A stretch of 63,030 nucleotides of DNA, counting the filler, from Octopus bimaculoides (lineage: Eukaryota): assembly GCF_001194135.2 (NCBI RefSeq). It is 9 parts of 9 records of this genome, joined end to end, with 100 filler letters (N's around TTAATTAATTAA, not from the genome) between each part and the next. Parts side by side here need not be neighbours in the genome. Positions count along the whole stretch, not along the records: positions 8,493 to 26,448 come from NC_068989.1; positions 26,549 to 31,332 come from NW_026385565.1; 7 more parts are not named here. One strand, given 5' to 3'. The translations under genes were made by a program, and so were the position numbers. A model generated the notes under the pieces. It searched no databases, was not told the DNA's origin, and saw only the letters and a list, made by a program, of their open reading frames with translations. Shown here piece after piece: positions 14,991 through 27,607 of the stretch (the first letter of the stretch is position 1; each line of letters opens with the position of its first letter).

Positions 14991-16418
14991 ACAAACCGGA
15001 CGCGGAACACTTTATCGCAATCTTTAGTCCGCAAAATAATGGCCGATATAAACTTATCTCTGAAGGTATGAGGCACTGAGACCAACATATTGTTTTGGTT
15101 TATTATATTAACAATCATGAGGTTGTAAGTTCAATTCCCGGACCGGGCTGTGTTGTGATCTTGATCAAGACACTTTATTTCATGTTGGTCCAGTTCACTC
15201 ATCCGTAGAAATAAGTTGCAGCATCGCTTGTGCCAAGCTGTATCGGCATTTGCCTTTGCCTTTGCCTTGGATAATATCGGTGACGTGGAGAGAGCAGGTT
15301 GTTATGCATAGGCCACTGCTGGTCTTCCATAAACAATCTTGCTCGGACTTATATCTCGGAGGATATGTTTCTAGGTGCAATCTCATAGTCATTCATAATC
15401 GAATGGGGTTTCTACACTTTATCCTTTACTCTTTACCAATTTTGTTACCAGGTCGTATTCCACTAGTGCGAACTTCATGGATCTTTGAGATATTTAACAA
15501 CATGAAAATCCGCCTAAGCCGATGTCGTTCTCCGCGTCACGGTTAGAACAGCATTTCCACGGTACATCCAAACTCCGCAAAACTGTTTCAAATAAAAACC
15601 TCCCTAAAATGGCGAGAGATATCATCGTTAATGGATTTTCTTTTATTCTTTTATGCGCTTCAGTCAGTTGGCTGCATCCATACTGGGGCACCAATTTAAA
15701 GGGTTTAGTCGAACAAACCAGCCCCAGAATGTATTTGTTAAAGCCTGGTAAATATTTCCGAGCTGCTATGTTACGGGGACGTAATCACACCAACACCGGT
15801 TGTCAAGCGGTGGTGGTGGAATAAGCACAGACACAAAGCCACGCACATACATAGATAATCACACACACATATATAAATACATATATATGTATATATACAC
15901 AGACATATATACATATATATATATATACATATATATCTATACACATATGTATTTGAAGAAAAGCAACAAAAATTCAATAGGTTATAGCAGTACGTACGTT
16001 TCGTACAAACTTCATTTATTCATGTAGTGAGAACACTACATAAAATGTGCAATGAAAATGTACTCCTCAGCTGCATAATGGAATTTCATTTTAGAAAGTC
16101 ATTTTGTAGATGTGTGCAAAAAACAAGAGTAAGAGAAGAAAAAATACCATCTTGACTGGGCTGCCATTCAACAGTCTAGCAAACTAGAAACGCTGTTTCT
16201 TGGGGCTAAATAACAGTAACGTTCGTCCCTTTCCTAGGACTGCCATATTAAGCTGGCTACGAGGCATCACTTTATCACGCTGTTACTGCAAAACTCTCTC
16301 TGAGAGATTTAGAAGTGTAATATTTCAATTTTTTGTAGATGAGTGAATGTATTTCACTTGAAATTCTATAAGTTTTGAACAGCGGTTTAGCAGCATCATC
16401 TAGCAAGGTCAAGCTACT

Positions 16419-16460
16419 CCAGACTGATGAAGCAACAATTACCCCCGAAACCTGTCTCTG
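16419..16460 (+). ncRNA. Degenerate type I hammerhead ribozyme-like motif
   Basis: caga CTGATGA agcaacaattaccccc GAAA C-ct-G TC tctg. Stem I is a perfect 4 bp; stem II is broken. Confidence 0.45.
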
Positions 16461-16792
16461 AATGCTGGCTTTGTTGGGTGAGGTGGTAATCCCCCCTGTT
16501 TGAAAACTTAAGTACGCAGAATGCTTGTGTCACGTAGCCAACTAGAAACGATGTTTTTTTAGGCTAAATAGCAGTAACATTCGTCTATTTCCTGGGATTG
16601 CCACATTAAGTTGGCAACAAGCCATCACTTTATATATGTGCGTGTTTGTGTGTCTGTGTGTGTGTGTGTGTCTATATCTATCTATCTGTCTATCTATCTA
16701 TACATACATACATACACACATACATATATATATGTGTATGTATATATATATATATATATGTGTATATATATATATATATATANNNNNNNNNN

Positions 16793-18275
16793 ATTAAGTC
16801 AAACCCAAAGCCTGCTTTCATTACACGAAAGAAACAGCCTCAGTACGCTGAGATGGCTCCCTCATAGTCAGTCCAACTAGGATCAGTGAGGTACTGAATG
16901 ACCAGTTCAAAAGTGTCTTTACCACCCCGTTGGAACACAGAGATGTCAACGAACCAGTGGACTTCTTTGCTATAACCAGCGAGGCAGTTACGATGGAATA
17001 CATCGACATTAGCGAAGAAGATATACTACGAGCCATAGATGAAATGGGCACAAACTTAACGGCTGGGCCTGATGGTTTCCCAACAATCCTCCTCAAATCG
17101 TGTAAGCATGCCCTTGGAAAACCCTTCCAGAAAATTTGGAGAGTGGTTACATGACTTTCTGAAAGATAGACGTCAAGCCATAATGACTAATGGAGCCACT
17201 TCTATGAAAACACAAATAGTGAGTGGTGTTCCACAGGGCACTGTCTTGGGATCACTGCTTTTTATAGTGGTCCTCTCAAATATGCCCTCAAGTGCCCGGA
17301 TAGCCACTCTTGCAAGCTACACAGACGATACGAAAGTATCGCATAAAATACAGAACTCCAGCGATGTTTCACATCTGCAGTAGGAGTTGGACTCAATTTA
17401 CAGATGGGTTGAGGATAATAATATGCAGTTTAATGCTGAAAAATTCCAAGCCCTGCGCTACCAGCGTCCAAAACTGAATATGAAACTTACAGAGTACACT
17501 GGTCCACAAGGAATTTCAATCCCAGAGCCTAAATCAGTGAGGCGCCAGGGTACTGACATGAGTTATAATACCTCTTTCCAAGTGCACATTACCAGGATGG
17601 CGACAAAGTGCAGACAACTGGCTGGACGGATCCTGAGAACATTCAGAACCAGAGATAAGGAAACCATGAAGGCCATCTGGAGGACATTCGTCCTCAGCCA
17701 CCTGGATTATTGCTAACAGCTATGGTCACTCACCAATGTGAAATTAACAGCGGACCTTGAAGTAATCCAGAGAAGATTACTGCTCAGTTACTGGGAAAGG
17801 CTGAAACAGCTAAGACTCTACTCCCTGGAGCGAAGGCAGAAGAGTTATGCAGTAATATACATCTGGCAGATCCTGGAAGGAATTGTGCAAAATTTTGGAA
17901 TTGAAAGCTACACCAATGCCAGAACGGGACGACACTGCATAGTGCCAAAGATCCCAGCAACGCCATCGCTCTTCAGGGCCAGTTACTGCAACAGCCTGGG
18001 TTTCAGGGGCCCACAGCATTTTAATATTCTCCCAAAGAGCCTGAGGAACCTGCACAAAGTAGATGCAGGCGTTTTTAAATCAGGACCTCTTCCTGTCGAT
18101 AGTCCCAGACGAACCAACCTCACGGCAAGAGGTCAAATGAGGGTAGCTACATCAAACTCCATTCTTCACCAAGTGCCACATATTGGAGGAGGATCTCAGT
18201 AATAAAATTGTAGCAAAACGGCGGTGCATCAGCATGACCGCAGCTCTGAGCTGAAACTACAGAAGAAAAAAAGAA
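16793..18275 (+). mobile_element. CR1/L2-like LINE, 5'-truncated and internally deleted RT, with 3' tail
   Basis: IKSNPK, TAGPDGFP.ILLK.C, VSGVPQGTVLGSLLFIV, YTDDTK, FNAEKFQALRY, HLDYC and LRLYSLERR. Several stops. An A-rich tail follows at ~18260. Confidence 0.9.
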
Positions 18276-18454
18276 GGAAAAAAAATGTATACACACACAC
18301 ACACACACACAAGGCCTTGGTGTGCCCGAAGCTATAGTAGAAGACACTCGGAACCATGTAGTTGGGAAGCAAGCTTCTTTCTCACAGCCACTCCTGCGCA
18401 CTAAGCTAGCACCGATATATATCTAAAACCGCTGACGTGGCCGATGACAGTGCC

Positions 18455-18941
18455 TGATTGGCACGAGTGCGTCATTGGCACTCGTGCCAGTGAAACGTTA
18501 GAAGCACATCCGTGCGTGATCATTGCCAGGGCTGTGGACTGGCTCCCGTTCCGGTAGCACGTAAAAAGCACCATTCGAGCGTGATCGTTGCCAGCGTCGC
18601 CTTACCGACACATGTGCCGGTGGCGCGTGGAAAACAACATTCGAACGTAGTCGTTGCCAGTGCCGCCGGATTGGCTCCCGTGCACTTATCACGTAAAAAA
18701 CACCTTTTGAGCGTGATTTTTGCCAGAACCGCCTCTCTGGCCCTCGTGCCGGTGGCACATAAAAACACCCACTACACTCTCGGAGTGGTTGGCGTTAGGA
18801 AGGGCATCCAGCTGTAGAAAATTTGCCAGATCAGATTGGAGCCTGGTGCAGCCTTCTGGTTCGCCAGTCCTCAGTCAAACCGTCCAACCCATACCAGTGT
18901 GGAAAGTGGATATTAAACGACGATGACGATGATGATGATGA

Positions 18942-18945
<4 letters not shown>
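18455..18945 (+). mobile_element. SINE-like element with Nin/Deu-like domain and internal 66-bp repeats
   Basis: gtggttggcgttaggaagggcatccagctgtagaaa (Nin-like, from memory), 66-bp repeats at 18558/18624/18690/18756 and a (GAT)n tail. Confidence 0.65.
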
Positions 18946-18983
<38 letters not shown>

Positions 18984-19434
18984 GACGGTCATCTTTTACA
19001 GTTTCAATCTACGAAATCTACTCACAAAGCTTTGGTCGGCCTGAGACTTAGTCGAAGACAGTTGCTTAAGTTGCCACGCAGTGGAACTGAACCCAAAATC
19101 ACGTGGTTCAGAAGCACAAGTTACACCGAAAGTACGTTTCCGTAAAATTCATGACCTTTTAATCATTTGCATTACATTTTTGGTGTTTTTTAAGAATTTT
19201 CCTATTTACAAACAAAGCCAAAAAAGCTTATTAGTACAATTTCTTGAAGAGATATCAGAAATTCACAGAATTTCGAACTTTTGCACTATTATTATTAAAT
19301 ATATGAGTAAAGAAATTAACTGAAACTATATAAAGAGAACTCGTTAATTTTTCACCGGTAAGTGGAACATGGCTGATGATTAGGAATACTTATAGTCAAA
19401 ACTTCTTTCTAAAACGTCAAGAAAATATTTAGAA

Positions 19435-19782
19435 ACAAGAGCACTCAGAGAGCGCATACCTCCGCCATAGCAACATCAACGTGCTCCCAACGATTAACCA
19501 GAAAGCTCGACTGCTTTCACAAACGAGAATACTAAAAATAAACCCGACCGCTCTCAAAAATTAAGTAAAGAAAACACAAGAAAAATAATCCAGAATACTT
19601 GTGCGATACTGGATCGATCCCAAAATCTACTCAGTTCGTGCCAGTTGCGCGGCCAAATATCCCTGAATGTTTTAACCGAATCCACCCAGTGGTTCTTGAG
19701 ATATCTTGTCCACGGATAAACAAACAAGTAAAACAAACATGACTGGAAACAATACCTCTATCTTAGCGAAGGCGGACGTAAC
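19435..19782. mobile_element. Non-autonomous element with sub-terminal inverted repeat and terminal palindrome (HINE/Helentron-like)
   Basis: acaagagcactcagagagcgcatacctccgcc ... tacctc-N-ggcggacgta. A related 5' half lies at 29052-29160. Confidence 0.5.
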
Positions 19783-20399
19783 GAAGTTATTTGTCAGTTC
19801 ATTCAATGTTATACAAATCACGATGGTCAGTTTTGCTTTGAGCTCTATGAGAAGCCTTAACTTAGCTGTGATTTACAAATATTTCCGTGGACACAAGATG
19901 GCAGTCTTTCTTCCACTGAAGAAGTTCTAACAACTCCAGAAATTGGTCGGATTGATTTACTTTTTCTGATCACGGAGGGATAAAACACGCAGCATGACGA
20001 AACTATTTACTTTTCACACTCTGGCAATAATTCTTTGCTCATTAAAAGAGCCACACCATTCATTTCAATACATTCATACATACATGCATACGTATGTATG
20101 TATGTATGTATGTATGTATGTATGTATGTATGTATGTATGTATATATATATATGTATGTATGTATGCATATATATATATAGATATACAATATATGTATAC
20201 GTATGTATGTATGTATGTATGTTCTTCTTCTGTCTTCATTTGTTTCAGTCTTCCTCTGAAGTAGGAACTGATTTCAGACAAAGTTACAAAGCTTCGTCGT
20301 TAGAATGTAAGGAACAAACAAATTCACATTTTAAAAAGTCTTGCATATTTTTACTGTTCTATTTATAGATTGTATTTGTAATATGCGGGTTAGATGCGG

Positions 20400-21230
20400 T
20401 GGGGAGGGTCTGAAAACCCTTGTCTATCCAGATAATCACTAAGGCATTTACTCACAGAACCAAGTGCACCAATTATTATTGGTATAAATGTGAATTTATA
20501 ATTTGAATATAGTGGCTAGAAGTCTCAAAACTGTTGTCCAGTTTGTCCTGTATCTCTTTCATTTCCAAAGAGATATTCACATCGGCAGGACGGCTAATAT
20601 CTTTGACGGTACATATTTTATATTTTTCACAAACAACAATATCCAGTCTGTTCCAAGTCAGTCTTTCTTTTTCTTTATTGAATAGCATTGTAAATTGCTT
20701 TTTGCATCAACGGCCGCATAGGAAGATCACATTTTGGGGCAGCTACTAATTTATATGCGTGACATCTTCCAGAAATATGACATAATCTACATTTTCGGTT
20801 GCATCTTGGATCCCCATGGGCGTCATTGTTTCTTTCGTTTATTAGGTATTTCGTATAAATCTCCTGTTCTTGAATTGCAAATGCATAGCCGTCGAAGTGT
20901 GAGATGATGTAGCGGCCACGAGTACAAAAGAAAGTGCGCTTCATGTCGATATTACTTCCTCGAGTCTTCAGGAAATGTACTCCTGCAGCATCATCTTTTT
21001 GTATACTCAGCGTTTCACATCCAGGCCTTGTTTAAGGTATGTTAATCGGGAGCTCACTGCCGAAACGTAGGATTTGGTTTCTGCTTTTCAATACTAAGTT
21101 TACGCAATTATTTTTGCTCCCGTTGTTTAACATCTGCTGTCTGAGAGAGGCTAAACGACATTCGAAGGATGTCCACACTGTCTCCTCTGTCTCCTTCATC
21201 TCTTCTTAGGTAGACTGGCAGAATAGGAAT
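20400..21230 (-). mobile_element. R4/Dong LINE remnant
   Basis: VYLRRDEGDRG (LYL.R..GGRG-like), GYAFAIQEQEI.TKYL, CRLC and NRLDIVV...DIS.PADVN. Confidence 0.75.
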
Positions 21231-23149
21231 TGATTTTCAACTAAACCTTTCAAACTGGTGTTCCAATCCAATGACTGAAACTTTCAAAAGATACATACGT
21301 ATTTACATACATGCATACATAGATACATATATACATACATGCATACATGCCTATATATATACACACATAATGGAATTTCTGTTCATTTTTGTTTTTAATT
21401 CAGTATTGTATGACATCTGAAAGTACCTTTTACTAAAGAATCATATATCCTTAAGAATCATATGGAGGTTGAACGCAGGTGTCTGAATCGATTCTGAGCG
21501 GTGATGTGAAAAGAGTTGTGGCTTAATGATTTCAATGACGACGACGATGAGGCTTAATTATTCTATATAATTTTCTATTGTTTGCTTTGTGGTTAATGTT
21601 GATCACATAGTTTTGAACATTTTTCCTCTTTTTTTTTTTCTCTGATTAATTATCCTTGTTATTTCCTTCTTCAGTTCTTTGACACGGATTTTCTTTTTAT
21701 TGCGTGCTGTGTTTGTGCATTGGATTTAAGGTTGCCTCTAATTATTAATCAGATTATGTTGCTTTGTGGAGATATATTTTTGAGTTCATCCATAATTACT
21801 TTATTGAATCTATGTACAGCAGTGTTCATACTGGTGATTTTGGTTTGGAATTCAACAAATTCTTCAGTTCGTTTCCTGATGGAACTTGTCTACAGAGCAT
21901 TTTTGAAAGTTATTAAAAGTGTTTTTGTTTCCTTCATTAACGTGTGAGTACTCTACTGTGATAAAAGCTGTGTGGTCAAAGGTTATCATATATTAATGTG
22001 ATGATATTTGGGGAACTATTGTTGTAGTTGGTTTGATGAGATATGCATGGCTTTGTGTAAGCTGCTTCTATTTTCGCTGTGCTATTATATCACCTCTTGT
22101 TGTCTGTATTCTCTGAAAACCAAGATAAGTTACGCTCATTAAATTTTCTAGGAATAATATTGTTATGTTATGATATTATACTTGGGAGTGTAACATAGTG
22201 ATATAGTGAATGAGGTGCACCGTTTATACGTTTTTAGGATCCACTCTTTTGTTATATAGTCTTTCATGTGTAATTTAGGGACTTGATGAGTTTTGCTCTA
22301 AAATCATGTCCTGAATTAATATGATATAAATATTGAATATGATAACATTTTTTGTTACATAAAGGGTGTTTCAGATACCCGTGACATTCTAGCATTTAAA
22401 ATTTTTTCCAAGTCTTATAATTTGTGTGCAAAGTGTCGGGGTTTTGCAAATATATTCTAAATGGAGCTGTAATGTTGAGAAATGCATAAATCACATAGTT
22501 CAGCATGTTTTTCGTTCTTACAACTGTTCCTATTGTGCTCACCGTCATGTAAATATTTATTGCTTCTTAGATGCTATTATTTCTGTGGATATTTTGTGAA
22601 TGGGATTATTTCTTTGTAACTGTATAAGTAGTTTATTTTGAAAATATTTGCCTTTCGGTAGCTTAAAAGTTTGTTCGTTGCACAAAACATGTTTCCAGAC
22701 ATTCAAGCTGTCACCACACTGTCATTCGTTCTGGTATGTTGCAATGACAATTCTTTTGCTTGGTAAATAAATTTATATTAAAAACGATTGAGCTATATTT
22801 GAAGTAAATTTACAAGGTAATTGTAACTGACTGAACGGTGTTACATAAGCTTCTCTGTTTAACTACTTCAGATATTCCACTTAAACAAGTTTAGTAGTAA
22901 AGGAAAGACAAGTAGAAATATTCTATTTGAAAATGAAAATCAGCAACTAACATTAGGAACGTGGAAATCAAATACCATTCCTCACACCAGTTTTTATTGG
23001 CAAAATAGCTGAGATATAATTAATATCTAATGACAATAGTCAGAATAAATGAACTTGCTCTCTCTCATATCAGGAGAAAATCGAAAACTATCATCATATG
23101 AACAATAAGCGTATAGCACATGATTGCTATTTTTTAAATCTTGTGTAGG

Positions 23150-25520
23150 CTCGAAAATTGTCAATGCGTTCCTGAAAATCTGTCCGTTATGCGAAATTCA
23201 GTAATGCGAAATTTTATTTTCCTTATTGATTTTCATATTATCAAGTGATATTGTGTTCCTACGAACTTTTTCGAAAAAGAAAGAAGCACAAGAAAACAAC
23301 ACAGAACAGGCAACATGATCATCTTTATAGATGAAAATAACAAGTTCTAAACATACACAGTACAATATAGATACATAGAAACGCCAAAAACATTTCAAGA
23401 GGCATACGTTTGGGAATTAATGAAAATCGTAATATCCTAAGAGTAAGTTCTTACTACAGAAGATGCTGACTACTGAGTGAGGGGTGGTAGTGAAATGAGC
23501 GTTACTGGGAATGTGAGGAACAGTAATTACTACCTTATTGTTCTTTATCACCAACATCAACTTGAGGAGTGAGGAACTTATCCAAAGTTGTTTGTTGTTT
23601 ATGATACATCATCTCTTTGTACAGTTTTGTATAGGAACTGAGCTCATTGTAAACTCCTCTTGCAACTTTTATGTTACGTTCATGATTAGGATCATTATCA
23701 GCAGAATCCTGCAGACCTTCCTTTATAAATGTCAACTCTTTAGCAATAATTTTTGCAGCCAGTTTAAGTGGCTTATCTGCTTTCAGAGCTTGGCTTTTTC
23801 TAAAAGTATCAGTTCCTCGTCAGATAAACTTTCCCTCTGGGACACTAGTAATTCAATTGCATCGTCCTCTATGATTTCTTCAAATCCTACATCTTCTGCA
23901 AGAGTCACAATATCTTTCCGAATTTGGTGTAGACTTTCTACTTGAAGAAGACTTGTAATATCACGGATACAGTCTGGCTGTATACTTTTTCAAGCATTAT
24001 TCAAAGATCATCCAATTACACATCTGTATTATCCTATTATCCATAGCGTCCATTACTTTGAATTTCTTCCAGATATCTCTAGCTTTATGTTTATCCTCCC
24101 TGTCAATTGCTTTCATAAGTTGTTTGAAAATTCTTCTCATATAATATGCCTTGAAGCCAGTTATCACACCTTGATCCCATGGACGGAAAAGAAGTTGGGG
24201 ATATATTCTGCTCTCACATTATTAGAAAGACCATCAAGGTTCGCTGGGTGGCTCCGTAAATTGTCTACAAGAAACAACACATTGTCGGAAATATTGTATC
24301 GAGCATTATACTCTTCTTCGGCAGGACAAAGTAATAAGGCACCCGCCGGTTACGTCGACGAGTGTTTTTGGTGATTCGATCAACGAAACAGCCGGCTCGT
24401 GAAATTAACGTGCAAGTGACTAAGCACTCCACACGCATAACTTTAACGTTGTTCTCAGGGAGATTCAGCGTGGCACACCGAATGTGACAAGGCTTATCCT
24501 CTGAATTACGGGTAGAACTCATTTTTGCCAGCTGTGTGGACCGGAGCAACGTGAAATAGCGTGTCTTGCTCAACGACATAACGCGCCGCAGGGAATCGAA
24601 CTCGCGACTATACAATCGTGAGCCGAATGCCCTAACCTCAAAGCCACACGGCAGGATATAAAACGTATGTAAACCACTCTCTGAAGAAGCTTTTAGTCAG
24701 CCATGCCTTCTAATTTGAACGCCAAATCAGAGGTAGATTAAGCTTTATGCAACGTTTGAAAGCCCTTGGAATGTCGGAATGATGCACACGGGTCTTAATT
24801 TCATATCATCAGCAGCATTTCCTCCCAAAAGAAGCTGCAAACGATTTTTGAAAGCTTTAAATCCTTGTGCTAATTCCTCTTCTTGATAAATAACAGTTCT
24901 AGCAGGCATACTCTTCCAGAAAAATGCACTTTCATCAACATTGTATATTTGCTCTGCAATCATTTTCGTCAACTACCCAGGATAATTAGTAGCAGCTATT
25001 GCATCAACGCTTGCAGTTTCACCAATCATTTTTATGTTCTGCAAATTCATGCGTTTCTTAAATTTTTCATACTAGCCTTTACTAGCCAAAAGAGTTTTTC
25101 ATTAGCAGTTTCAACTTGCTTTTTCTATAAATTGTCATATAAACTTTTGAATTTTCTTTTTTTTTAATTGCATAATGTTTATCAGCCCATTACGCCGATT
25201 CTGGTCCCCGATCTATGCACATAGATCATGCCATTTTAAGCATTGTATTAGATATATGGTAAAATAAGGTCCAGGCACTTAACGGAGTAGCTTCTTAAGC
25301 ACTTGATACAATTCTCTCTTTGTTGAAATGTATTGTTCCCACTGTAGACGCTGTAAGGTGTAATGCTTTGGCAAAGTCTTTTTAAAACATCAAGTTTAAT
25401 ATCCTGTGTAATCTCTCTATGGTTACTTTTTGCACTACTGCCTTCACTTCTACTTGATAGCTTCTTTCCAGACATTTTAAATTGAAGGCAAATCCAACAG
25501 TAGCAACAGTAATTATCCAC
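23150..25520 (-). mobile_element. Tigger/pogo (DDE_1) transposase remnant, interrupted by a SINE
   Basis: N-terminus MSGKK...REITQDIKLDVLKR (ATG at 25475), IYNVDESAFFWKSMPART...GFKAFKNRLQLLLGGNAADD.KL.P, LFLVDNLRSHP and C-terminus KQQTTLDKFL (stop near 23535). Confidence 0.88.
24320..24652 (-). mobile_element. SINE family C copy inserted into the Tigger transposase
   Basis: Minus strand reads gagttcgattccc (B box) plus the ttgagcaagacac...ttgctcc core. Tigger coding remnants flank it on both sides. Confidence 0.8.
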
Positions 25521-25747
25521 AACAAATAAGTAGCTTACAAAATTGGACCAGGAAAGATCTGAATGGTGTGAGCGGAAAATTGTCTTATTCTTATTAATGC
25601 AGTAATGAAAATGAGGTGAAAAGGTGAGTGACTGAGGAAGAGAAAGTACTTATATGATTACAGTTAGCTGAAAGTTCACCAGATTTTATAGATAGGCCAT
25701 TGAACTAAGAAGGAAGTGTAGTTTTAATTTTTTAACAATTTAATCAA

Positions 25748-26062
25748 TGGCGGAGGCGTGGCTGGGTGGTAAGAAACTTGCTTCCTAACCACATAGTTCC
25801 GGGTTCAGTCCTATTGCATGGCACCTTGGGCAAATAAATGTCTTTTACTATAGCTTCGGGCCGATCAAAGCCATGTGAGTGGAATTGATAGATGGAAACT
25901 GACAGAAGCCTGTCGAGCGGATATATATGTATATATCTATGTGCGTGTGTCTTTATGTCTGTGTTTCCCCACCACCACCATCGCTTGACAACCAATGTTG
26001 GCGTGTTCACGTCTACGTAACATAGCGGCTCGGTAAAAGTGACCGATAGATTAAGTACTAGG
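25748..26062 (+). mobile_element. SINE family B copy
   Basis: Same head and body as 5805-6206. Confidence 0.85.
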
Positions 26063-26393
26063 CTAAAGCCGGATCTGGCCAGATATGACTATTTTAAACA
26101 GCTAAGGTTGCTGGTTATTTATTGATAATGATATGGAGTATAATGAAGAGAAAACACGCTTAGCTTTAATTAATAATTATTATAAAGGAAAATTAGACAA
26201 CTTTGAGATTTAAATTAATTAAAAATTGAAATGAAGCATTGTTTCATTCCTTCTTATGTTGTAAAATGCATGTTTCTTTGATCATGTATTTTATTAATAA
26301 TATAACTTTCACTTCTACTTGTCAACATTTAAAAAGAGCTTTGGGTTTTGCTATTTCAAAAAATGTCTTTACCTTTATGTACATATATTTAGC

Positions 26394-26448
<55 letters not shown>

Positions 26449-26548
26449 NNNNNNNNNNNNNNNNNNNNNNNNNNNNNNNNNNNNNNNNNNNNTTAATTAA
26501 TTAANNNNNNNNNNNNNNNNNNNNNNNNNNNNNNNNNNNNNNNNNNNN

Positions 26549-26580
<32 letters not shown>

Positions 26581-27075
26581 ATACATACACAACAAACGCA
26601 TAAACAAAAACACACACACACACACTCACAGACACAGGTACATACACACACACATATGTACTACGTGCGTATATATGTATGTACATATGTATGCGTGTAT
26701 ATATATCTACACAGGCACTCGTTAAGAAAGACATGCCAGAGACTAATCAGCGTGTGTAACAGCTATTCTCCGCCAACCTAACATGTCCATATTTGTGTGT
26801 GTGTGTGTGTGTGTGTGTGAGTGTACATATGTATCTGTATATACATCTGTATACGTATGCGTGTATACAATGAATTTATACGTACACTTTAAGTCATCTT
26901 GGCTTTCAAAATAGCTGAAAAATTTACGATTATTTATGCATATTCCAACCGCGTCCATTTATCTCTTCCTGGAATTCTTTCTCACTGTCTTCATCTATCT
27001 ATCTCTCTATCTATCTGTCTATCTATCTATCCATCTATCTATCTACCCCTCTGTCTGTCTGTCTATGTCTATCTC

Positions 27076-27107
<32 letters not shown>

Positions 27108-27555
27108 AATATGTGTGTGTTTGTGTGTACGTATGTCTATCTATGNNNNNNNNNNNNNNNNNNNNNNNNNNNNNNNNNNNNNNNNNNNNNNNNNNNNNNN
27201 NNNNNNNNNNNNNNNNNNNNNNNNNNNNNNNNNNNNNNNNNNNNNNNNNNNNNNNNNNNNNNNNNNNNNNNNNNNNNNNNNNNNNNNNNNNNNNNNNNNN
27301 NNNNNNNNNNNNNNTATAAAGATAGATGGATAGATGAGTTGTGTATATAAATGTGTTTCTATCTGTTCTTTTCTGCTTGGAATTATTCAAATTTTTCGTC
27401 TGAAGACGGAGCGAATTTCTAAGAAAGTTACAACGCCGACATCGTTGTGCTGTGGATAGCGAAAACAATGTTAGGTTTTAAGCGAGGGAGAAATGTTCTG
27501 CATGTTTTTACTGTTCCACTTCCAAATTATATTTGTAAAGTGCGAATCGGTTGTT

Positions 27556-27607
<52 letters not shown>

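Noticed and set aside
21600-22880. Possible decayed retroelement (Zn-knuckle-like HDGEH..SC....CDLC..H on the minus strand)
   Set aside because: Too degenerate to assign a family by eye.
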